From Acaryochloris marina MBIC11017 (GTDB lineage: Bacteria > Cyanobacteriota > Cyanobacteriia > Thermosynechococcales > Thermosynechococcaceae), in assembly GCF_000018105.1 (NCBI RefSeq), contig NC_009925.1:5910001-5942000 (forward strand): a DNA stretch of 32,000 nucleotides. The letters run 5' to 3'. The notes under the pieces were generated by a model. It had not been told where the DNA came from. It did not search any database and worked only from the letters and a program-made list of their open reading frames with translations. This document shows positions 24,850-32,000 of this stretch, piece after piece. The position numbers and the translations under genes are program-made. Numbering within the stretch: the stretch's first letter is position 1; the number at the start of each line of letters is the position of its first letter.

Positions 24850-24955
24850 AGGTCAAAAATACAGAACACTTATACTAATAATTCGGTCTATTTGGGCATG
24901 ATTGGGGTAAAACAAGCCAAGCATAAGAGCTTTTACCCCAAGAGAGATTTGATGA

Positions 24956-25864
24956 CTACTCAACACCTTTAGAGCGCCAGGGAACTGGATCAACTGCTAC
25001 CCCATGCAGGTAAAGACCCCAGTGCAGGTGGGGGCCGGTTGATGCTCCTGTTGATCCAACACCGCCGATCCTCTGCCCGGTAGTGACAAAGTCTCCTTCG
25101 GCAACGTCTATGCGGCTCAGGTGAATCATAATGCTCAACACACCCTGACCGTGATCGATACCGACAGTGTTGCCGTGGAGTTCGAAGCCGTCAACCACTC
25201 TTCCCACTAGCCGGACATAACCTGCCGCTGGAGCGACAACGGGCGAACCAGTCGCGGCAGCGTAATCTACACCTCGGTGGTAATAGTCTTTAGCAAACAC
25301 GCCGTTGTAATATCGCCGGACACCAAATTCAGTACTGACATAGCCCTGGCTAGGGCGGGCCAGCGCGCCTTTCCAATAACGCTTTGGGGTGACGATGCGC
25401 TTGAATTTGTCGACGCGGTCAAATTCGTGATCGGTCCCCAAGTCGCTGCTGCCCGAGGGGAGCCAAATGCGTTGGGTGGCGAAGGAGCGATCTGCCAGGT
25501 TTACGGTTAGGCGACGCGATGAGTCTGAGGCAGAAACATTCAATGTTAGCTGTCCAGGGGTATCTAGTGGACTAGTGGGAATCAATGCCCGGTAACGATT
25601 GCCGGATACCTGAAAGCTGGGATAGTTGGTGCCGTTGACGGAAACAACTGGGGCAGTGCCAGCCGTTGAAGCGCTAGAGATCACGACCGAGATGGTATCG
25701 CCTAGCCTGGGGTTCGTTGGTGAGAGTGTCACCTCGTAGGCATGAGCAGCAGGACTCCAAAGGCGACCGCTGGCGACTGTGCTGACCATTGCCCCCACCA
25801 TCGAGAGAAAAGCCCGACGCCTTATACGAGGGGAAATGACAGGACAAATTTTGGGTTGCTTCAT
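24956..25864 (-). CDS. M23 (LytM-type) metallopeptidase with Tat-like signal
   Basis: Twin-arginine motif SPRIRRRAFLSMVGA. The M23 motifs are HRGVDYAA, GIDHGQGVLS..HLS and GSTGASTGPHLHW. Confidence 0.85.
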   Translation of the reverse strand: MKQPKICPVISPRIRRRAFLSMVGAMVSTVASGRLWSPAAHAYEVTLSPTNPRLGDTISVVISSASTAGTAPVVSVNGTNYPSFQVSGNRYRALIPTSPLDTPGQLTLNVSASDSSRRLTVNLADRSFATQRIWLPSGSSDLGTDHEFDRVDKFKRIVTPKRYWKGALARPSQGYVSTEFGVRRYYNGVFAKDYYHRGVDYAAATGSPVVAPAAGYVRLVGRVVDGFELHGNTVGIDHGQGVLSIMIHLSRIDVAEGDFVTTGQRIGGVGSTGASTGPHLHWGLYLHGVAVDPVPWRSKGVE

Positions 25865-26259
25865 AGCTTAAAGGGATTCAAAGCTCAATTTCTTGTTTAC
25901 AAGCGTAACCATTCCAACTTAGGTAAGAGAAAAATATAAAAAAAAACTTATCCAAGAACGTCTTTACAAAGATAGTAATCACCAATCTTGAGTCAATCTA
26001 ATCGTTGGAGCTAATAATACTCATTTATAATACGGCCCAAATTTCTTAAACCCTCAAAAAGGATGATCTTCCCCAAATAAACCTCTTTTTTATATTCTTT
26101 CGTCATCATAATATTCAGGATTTTGTAGCACTGCAAGCCAGAGCATATATTGCCATTGCCTTTCAGCTCTAGCCCCTTCATTTAGTTAATCGTTGCCATA
26201 CGTCTACAAGGCCTAAAATTAAACATGAACCTTTCCCGATAATACCGACGCTAGCAACA

Positions 26260-27963
26260 ATGTCATATCCATCTAAAACATCTGCTGAGCCCTCTGTAAC
26301 GACCTTCGATGAGTTTGTGCAATTGGCGGATTATTCTCTGATGGACACCTTAAATGCCGATCCTGATGCCACGGTCGATGGCGATGATCACCGTGCCCGC
26401 CAGGTTTTTTCTGGCCATTTCGTACCTGTGGCACCCAAGCCGCTTGCAGAAGCAGAATATGTAACCCATAGCAGCACTTTTTTTAAGGAGCTTGGGTTAA
26501 GCAATGAGCTGGCGCTGAATGAAAAATTTCGCCATGTATTTTCGGGTGATATCACTGCTGCCCATGAGCCTATGCGTCAGGTTGGCTGGGCGACGGGTTA
26601 TGCACTGTCGATTCTTGGCACCGAATATACCCAACAATGTCCCTTCGGTACGGGTAACGGCTATGGCGATGGTCGGGCGATATCCGTGTTTGAAGGAATC
26701 ATCAATGGCCAACGCTGGGAAATGCAACTGAAAGGGGGTGGCCCAACACCTTATTGCCGTGGCGGTGACGGGCGCGCAGTACTCCGTTCAAGTGTGCGTG
26801 AGTTTCTAGCACAAGAGTATATGCAGGCTTTAGGTGTGCCAACATCGCGTTCTTTGACCCTGTATGTTTCGAAATCTGAGACTGTTAAGCGGCCTTGGTA
26901 TTCTCAAAACTCCTACTCCGCTGACCCAGATGTTTTGATGGACGATCCTGTGGCCATTTCAACTCGCGTTGCCCCTTCCTTTTTGCGCGTGGGGCAGCTA
27001 GAGTTATTTGCCCGCCGCACTCGCAACAATGCTCATCCAAAAGCATTAGAAGAGTTGAGCATGATCGTGTCCCATTTAATGGAGCGAGAATACAAAAGCG
27101 ATATTAATCAAAACCTTGGTTTTGCTGATCAACTGGTTGAGTTGGCTAAGCTATTTCGCCAGCGTCTTACGTCATTGGTGGCCAACTGGCTACGTGTTGG
27201 TTATTGCCAGGGTAACTTTAATAGTGACAACTGCGCTGCTGGTGGCTTTACCCTCGACTATGGACCCTTTGGATTTTGTGAAGTTTTTGACCCTTGGTTT
27301 CAACCTTGGACTGGCGGTGCCGAACAATTTTCATTCTTCTATCAGCCCATCGCAGCAGAAGCGAATTATTATATGTTTTGGAAAGCGGTGAGACCGCTAC
27401 TTGAAGAAGATGCTGATGCTTTAGAACAGTTCGACCAAGTAGGCCGTGGCTTTTCAGAAGCCATGCAACAACAAGTCCAAAAAATGTGGGCAGCCAAACT
27501 TGGCTTGACTGAATTTAACCCACAGCTGTTAAAGACATTAATTCAGTTAATGACTGACTCAGAGGTAGATTACACCATTTTCTTCCGGGAGTTATCCCAC
27601 ATACCTGAGGATATCTCAGCATTGAAAAAGAGCTTCTACGGTAAAACGTCTCAACAACTCGATGAGCAATGGCAATCTTGGCTAAAAAGCTGGCGCGACC
27701 TCGTCATTAAGGACGGCAATTTGGCTGAGATATCAACAAATATGAAACTGACTAACCCAAAATACACATGGCGAGAGTGGTTGATTGTCCCCGCCTACCA
27801 ACAAGCTATGCAGGGTGACTACACATTAGTTAAAGAGCTGCAAGAAGTACTGAGCTATCCCTATGATGAGCAATCGCAAGAAGTAGAAGATAAATACTAT
27901 CGTCTAAGACCTAAGGCGTTTTTTAATGCTGGTGGTGTGTCGCACTATAGCTGTTCATCTTGA
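26260..27963 (+). CDS. selO: SelO (YdiU/UPF0061) protein adenylyltransferase
   Basis: 567 aa. The block [10 protein letters not shown]...[43 protein letters not shown] and the later [24 protein letters not shown] are characteristic of the SelO pseudokinase-fold AMPylase family. Confidence 0.9.
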   Translation: MSYPSKTSAEPSVTTFDEFVQLADYSLMDTLNADPDATVDGDDHRARQVFSGHFVPVAPKPLAEAEYVTHSSTFFKELGLSNELALNEKFRHVFSGDITAAHEPMRQVGWATGYALSILGTEYTQQCPFGTGNGYGDGRAISVFEGIINGQRWEMQLKGGGPTPYCRGGDGRAVLRSSVREFLAQEYMQALGVPTSRSLTLYVSKSETVKRPWYSQNSYSADPDVLMDDPVAISTRVAPSFLRVGQLELFARRTRNNAHPKALEELSMIVSHLMEREYKSDINQNLGFADQLVELAKLFRQRLTSLVANWLRVGYCQGNFNSDNCAAGGFTLDYGPFGFCEVFDPWFQPWTGGAEQFSFFYQPIAAEANYYMFWKAVRPLLEEDADALEQFDQVGRGFSEAMQQQVQKMWAAKLGLTEFNPQLLKTLIQLMTDSEVDYTIFFRELSHIPEDISALKKSFYGKTSQQLDEQWQSWLKSWRDLVIKDGNLAEISTNMKLTNPKYTWREWLIVPAYQQAMQGDYTLVKELQEVLSYPYDEQSQEVEDKYYRLRPKAFFNAGGVSHYSCSS

Positions 27964-28061
27964 TTTTTAATAACAACTGAAGAATTCGATTGTGCATCAA
28001 CAAAGTGTGGGACAGGTGACTCAGTCTTGCCATCTCCAGGAATGTGCCGTTATGGAATCAG

Positions 28062-28694
28062 TTACACTTCATTACTTCGAAGGGTCACTGTGTATTCCAC
28101 CATTTCAGTGGTTCCATTGGGTAAATCCCCCAAGAGACATAATGTGACGGATCGGTGGGTTGGTGTTAGAGGAGCAGGCGATACTTCAAACCCTGATGTC
28201 CCTGAACCAGAACACCCTGGAGACGCATTAGAGACTCGATCAACGAGCGGATTTCCTGCTGTATTAGGGGCTGTAGCTCGATAAATCACCTGTGGTCCTT
28301 GCCAGTTAGATCCAGAAGACGTATCAAATGTGTAGTAAGCAACGGTAGAATCATCCGGCTTAGTGAGGTAGAGAATAGCACTATAGTTGGTCGGAACAAT
28401 CCAGCCTGATGGCGCAGTAGTAGACACTGCCTTGGCCTCTCTGATGTCATCCGCGATAAAGTCTATGGCACGGTTCAATTGAGTATGCTGATCCACCTCA
28501 GCTTCCGATTGGCGATGACTTTGTAGAATTGAAATTAGCCCTGACCCTGCAAAGGCTAGAAATATGCTGGTCACCACCATGCCGACCAACAGCTCAACTA
28601 AGGTAAACCCTTGATGAGTTGCGTTTTCTGACCTATTAGAGCTTAAAGAATATGGGATCTTGGCAGTCATCGCGTCTAAGGTGTTGGCAATCAT
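28062..28694 (-). CDS. PilW-like minor pilin (cluster B, intact)
   Basis: Prepilin motif QGFTLVELLVGMVVTSIFLAFAGSG, followed by RAIDFIADDIREAK. It overlaps the upstream gene by 4 bp. Confidence 0.75.
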   Translation of the reverse strand: MIANTLDAMTAKIPYSLSSNRSENATHQGFTLVELLVGMVVTSIFLAFAGSGLISILQSHRQSEAEVDQHTQLNRAIDFIADDIREAKAVSTTAPSGWIVPTNYSAILYLTKPDDSTVAYYTFDTSSGSNWQGPQVIYRATAPNTAGNPLVDRVSNASPGCSGSGTSGFEVSPAPLTPTHRSVTLCLLGDLPNGTTEMVEYTVTLRSNEV

Positions 28695-29212
28695 AATGTG
28701 GGAGTTTTACAGTTGCTGGCTAATGTTGTATCGGATGAGCCGATATATTCTCCAACTCTGGTCAATCCAATTCCAGGTGCAATTACTAGGCACTTTGAAG
28801 GGGAACTTTTTTCATTCGCGATAGAAAGAACAACGGTTTGTTCTGAGGTGAATGAGGAAGGCACTCGCCCCTTGAAATCAAAGCTGAGAGGAGTAGCGAA
28901 TGAATGTCTAAGCTGAAGCCCTTCTAGGGTGCGATTGCCATTGCGTAGGCAATCTGCAGGTGAACTACTTAGCACAGCATTACTTCCCATCGGCAGATTA
29001 ATGGTGCAAGTCTTACTGAGACGGATAGCTTGGTCTTGGCCTTCGATTAGAGTCCCTTCCAGCTCACCTAAGCCAGCTTCAAGCTTTCGGGTATTAACCC
29101 AATTTAGAAGGCTAGGTGCTGAAATTGCCCCTAAGATCCCCATAACGACCAAGACAATGACGATTTCGAGCTGAGTAAACCCTTGTTCACTACGGACAGG
29201 CAAAGAACGCAT
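28691..29212 (-). CDS. GspH/FimT-like minor pilin (cluster B)
   Basis: Prepilin motif QGFTQLEIVIVLVVMGILGAISAPSL. Its 173-aa size and cysteine pattern are typical of GspH/FimT-type pseudopilins. It overlaps the upstream gene. Confidence 0.75.
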   Translation of the reverse strand: MRSLPVRSEQGFTQLEIVIVLVVMGILGAISAPSLLNWVNTRKLEAGLGELEGTLIEGQDQAIRLSKTCTINLPMGSNAVLSSSPADCLRNGNRTLEGLQLRHSFATPLSFDFKGRVPSSFTSEQTVVLSIANEKSSPSKCLVIAPGIGLTRVGEYIGSSDTTLASNCKTPTL

Positions 29213-29927
29213 TAGACACCACCTCTGAATTGGCTTGGGCTACTGTCTCCAGCTTTTCATCAATAACGTTATAGGTAACTTCTAAGATTTGATAGGGTTC
29301 TGCTGGTCGGACTGCCGTTGTCCTATTCAGGGTAAATTCTTGGCCCATAATAGTTTTTTGCCCTGAGGTAGGCGTGCTACTGTTGTCCGTTTCTGACTGG
29401 ACTGCAGGTAGTGATTCATCAAGATAGGCAGCAAATCCTCCTGTAGCCAAATGAGATCGACATCTCGCTAATACTAGAGCTGTGGAGTCAGCTTTTTGGG
29501 CATATGCCAAAGGATTGAGCAAGGTGACTTCTAAATAATTTGTGTTGGTTGCGGGATCATTTTGAAATTGCAGATTGGTTATAACGTTACTGCTAGTCTC
29601 TGTACCGATAACAATGGAATCGCCTAACCTAAATCCAAGTTGAGTAACTTTGATCGTTGTATCTCCCGGAAGGGCATCAGCATAGAGTAATGCTGAAGTG
29701 AGAGGTACTTGGCCTACATCACTGGCGACTGCTTTAACATCCTCTAAGTCTTGCTGAATCCAGTTATTCGCTGCAGTCAACTGTTTAGCTCGCACTTTAA
29801 ACTTCGTTGAGAGAACCAACCCCTGCATGGCGGTCCCAATAAATAGTGCTAAAACCAGCATGGAGACAGCAACTTCAACTAAGGTAAATCCTTGTTCATG
29901 AAAATTTTTTTGTGTTCTTGTGATCAC
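29190..29927 (-). CDS. PilV-like minor pilin (cluster B)
   Basis: Prepilin motif QGFTLVEVAVSMLVLALFIG, then NNWIQQDLEDVKAV. The C-terminal FFACP is shared with 11909-12517. Confidence 0.75.
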   Translation of the reverse strand: MITRTQKNFHEQGFTLVEVAVSMLVLALFIGTAMQGLVLSTKFKVRAKQLTAANNWIQQDLEDVKAVASDVGQVPLTSALLYADALPGDTTIKVTQLGFRLGDSIVIGTETSSNVITNLQFQNDPATNTNYLEVTLLNPLAYAQKADSTALVLARCRSHLATGGFAAYLDESLPAVQSETDNSSTPTSGQKTIMGQEFTLNRTTAVRPAEPYQILEVTYNVIDEKLETVAQANSEVVSNAFFACP

Positions 29928-29984
29928 GGGAGTCTTCCTGGCAGTGAGGCTAAGTGAGGAGAATTCTATTGGGAGGTTTGTTGA

Positions 29985-31334
29985 TTAAGGAGTTGCTTCT
30001 AAACGAGTCCAACTCGTTGCTGCAGACGTTTTATGGGACGCTGAGGTAACTACAACACCAGAATCTGTTAACAGTTGCTTCATTGCATTGGGGACCGTAA
30101 TTTCAGCAGTGTTAGAGCTTGAGCCATCCCACTCTCTGACCCAAATGGCACCTCGTATATCAGGATTGCTGCTGCCACCATTAATTCCCATACGGGCATC
30201 TGGAGCATGAATGAAAACATTGGTGGCTGTGGCTCCACCATTCAATATGAAGTCTTGATCGGAGAAGCTATCACCATCATCGGCGTTGCCATATATTCGA
30301 AAGCGTTCTGGGCTACCTAAACCACTCCCATAAGTTCCGCAATTATTAGCAGAACCTGAACAGGTATGGGCCAACGTGGCTTGGCCGCTCATTGCAATAT
30401 CACCCGTAACGTAAAAATAGATGGGGGCTGAGGTGGTATCCACTGTGACCTGATCGCTACCACTAAGGGTGATGTCACTTACTTGATAGTGGTAAGCACC
30501 ATCGGCACCTACTGAGTCTCCAGTCCGTGGGAAGCTGGTGGCGCTACTAATCGAGACATTGATCGCGCCTGAGGGAATCGCGGGAACAGGAGGCCACGTC
30601 ACATCTCGAACATAAATTTGCCCCTGCACAACACTATTATTGAGCGCATCAATGGCTGTTCGCAGTCCTGCATTTGTTGGTTGACCATTGACACATCCAC
30701 TAACCGGCACTACACAGTTGAGGGTATCTGTGCAAACGACATTCCCCGAGATTGCACCTAATACGTCATTATTGCCCAAGGTAATATCTTGAGCCATCAG
30801 TCCTGGGAAACTAGCTAGAGAAGTTGACTGAGAAATATTCATCGTCTGCTGAATCCGCGATACTGCAGATGAATTAGGCGGATGACCTTTGACAATTAAG
30901 GTTCCAGTCTCATCTCCAGAATTGGAGATGCCATCTGGATCACTGTAGCGATACGCTTCGACTGTATAGGTGTCGGCAGGTGCGTTGGTGGGAATCTTGC
31001 CTGTGAGGATATCATTCACTCCTGTAAAACAGGGAGGAGGCTTGGTGAGAAAAGACCATTCATCAGGACTATCTGATCCTAGGAGACTGTTGGGGTCGTA
31101 ATTCGATCTCAACAGCATGTGATAGTTGTGATTTAAGAATCCGAGGGTGCGAGAGATTCCACCTTCTGCAACGGTCGTACTGGCTGTTGTTTGCTTTTGA
31201 GAAACGGCTGAGACTTGATCATCCCTGGACTTAATGCTTAAAGTCAGGGCTACCAGCACCATGATTAACCCAAAACCGATGGCAATGGGTAAGGCAAACC
31301 CTTCATCGGTCGTCTTTCTTCTGGACTTCAACAT
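29985..31334 (-). CDS. PilX-like large minor pilin / pilus-associated protein (cluster B)
   Basis: N-terminus DEGFALPIAIGFGLIMVLVALTLSIKSRDDQVSAVSQKQTTASTTVAEGGISRTL is PilX_N-like. It is the first gene of the four-gene minus-strand operon and a paralogue of 7715-9250. Confidence 0.75.
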   Translation of the reverse strand: MLKSRRKTTDEGFALPIAIGFGLIMVLVALTLSIKSRDDQVSAVSQKQTTASTTVAEGGISRTLGFLNHNYHMLLRSNYDPNSLLGSDSPDEWSFLTKPPPCFTGVNDILTGKIPTNAPADTYTVEAYRYSDPDGISNSGDETGTLIVKGHPPNSSAVSRIQQTMNISQSTSLASFPGLMAQDITLGNNDVLGAISGNVVCTDTLNCVVPVSGCVNGQPTNAGLRTAIDALNNSVVQGQIYVRDVTWPPVPAIPSGAINVSISSATSFPRTGDSVGADGAYHYQVSDITLSGSDQVTVDTTSAPIYFYVTGDIAMSGQATLAHTCSGSANNCGTYGSGLGSPERFRIYGNADDGDSFSDQDFILNGGATATNVFIHAPDARMGINGGSSNPDIRGAIWVREWDGSSSNTAEITVPNAMKQLLTDSGVVVTSASHKTSAATSWTRLEATP

Positions 31335-32000
31335 ATTTCGATGATAAAGAGAAATATAAATTGGATATGTTTATGTCGCTCTATCTAATCTGAGATAGGT
31401 TGCAGCGAACCCTCAATGAACCAAGAAAGAGGATGACATCACCTTAGTTAAATTGGATTTACTTGTTGATAAGCCAGATGAACGTGAAAAGAGTTGATTG
31501 AAATTTTTATATGAATTTATTTTCGAGATAAGCCAATCGCATTCTAAATATATAATAACAATTACTTAAAATATTGTTCTGAATGTTTTTATTGTAAATG
31601 TTTGATTTATGTATATTTTTAGTATACGAAGTAAAATAGGACCTTTCTTCAGTGATCATACGTAGATCGTAGTGTAAACGGATATATATTCTAGGTAAAA
31701 TCACTGAAAATCTGATACTTTTCATTGTGAATCGAGTCTTGGGCTAGTCTGATAAATCCTGATTTGTGCAGAATAGTTGAGCATGGATAAGAATATATAA
31801 GCCTCGGAAATAAAGTATATAGTTAGAATAAAAAACCAAGTATTTGATGCTTATAGAAAATATTTTCTTGAATTAGCTATAAAATCCAAGATTTGATAGC
31901 AATATATTTATTAATAAAGACTTCGGTATCAGCACAAACAGCACTTAGTGATTAGACCTCTTGCATAATTAATTTTGCGATATGGTATTGAGCCTGATGT
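31335..32000. promoter_or_regulatory. very AT-rich upstream region of minor-pilin cluster B
   Basis: This stretch is far more AT-rich than the rest of the window and has long A/T runs. The only ORF is a low-complexity 72-aa artefact. It lies immediately upstream of the first gene of the operon. Confidence 0.35.

Larger units (their letters stand above)
24675..24941. repeat. four copies of TTGGGGTAA bracketing the tRNA fragment
   Basis: Direct copies at 24675-24683, 24685-24693 and 24902-24910, and an inverted copy at 24933-24941. The longer match is TGATT(ATT)GGGGTAAAA at 24668-24684 against TGATTGGGGTAAAA at 24899-24912. The last two copies form an 11-bp stem with an 18-nt loop. Confidence 0.7.

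Noticed and set aside
31507-31725. 72-aa ORF in the AT-rich region.
   Set aside because: The product is a low-complexity Ile/Asn/Tyr/Lys-rich translation typical of random AT-rich DNA, with no motifs.
31726-31741. CRP/SYCRP1-like site TGTGA-N6-TCTTG upstream of cluster B.
   Set aside because: Only the left half-site matches the TGTGA-N6-TCACA consensus. In such AT-rich DNA this is expected by chance.

Overview
The window looks like a cyanobacterial accessory region. I found six perfect HIP1 octamers (GCGATCGC) by eye, and the gene content fits: a pentapeptide-repeat fragment, a DUF4351/Rpn-like nuclease and a UPF0175/DUF3368 toxin-antitoxin pair. All protein calls come from motifs read by eye in the supplied ORF translations; no HMM or BLAST search was possible.

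Layout, left to right:
1. A translationally coupled HerA/DUF87-like ATPase, a small basic protein and a HlyD-like lipoprotein (58-2214). This module is cut by the window edge.
2. An AraC regulator followed by a secreted alpha/beta hydrolase and a tandem NTF2/SnoaL-like protein (2269-5165).
3. A 5'-truncated pentapeptide-repeat gene, then an intact ISL3 element (5952-7336) with imperfect terminal inverted repeats and a perfect 8-bp target-site duplication.
4. Minor-pilin cluster A (7715-12517). Its PilX-like gene is inverted, its PilW-like gene is broken by two frameshifts, and there is a perfect 36-bp tandem duplication. It lies directly downstream of, and co-oriented with, a HAMP-GGDEF diguanylate cyclase and a GAF-GAF-GGDEF-EAL protein (12590-16302).
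5. About 7.7 kb of mobile-DNA debris and plasmid-like cargo (17.1-24.8 kb). It holds an IS6-family transposase pseudogene with a 21-bp perfect palindrome, a strongly A-depleted GC-rich tract with no credible ORF, an Rpn-like PD-(D/E)XK nuclease, and a GC-rich block of broken reading frames with a 14-bp-stem hairpin. It also holds an RHH-like protein, an ORF with an in-frame TAG, a coiled-coil protein, DUF2958, an orphan Dam-type methyltransferase and the UPF0175/DUF3368 pair. It ends at a 47-nt tRNA-Arg(CCG)-like 3' fragment, a good terminator and four flanking copies of TTGGGGTAA.
6. A Tat-signal M23 peptidase, SelO, and an intact paralogous four-gene minor-pilin operon, cluster B (28062-31334), with a very AT-rich upstream region.

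Most worth following up: the duplicated minor-pilin modules and the c-di-GMP pair joined to one of them, the A-depleted tract, the tRNA-fragment att-like site, and the edge-truncated ATPase/adaptor module.
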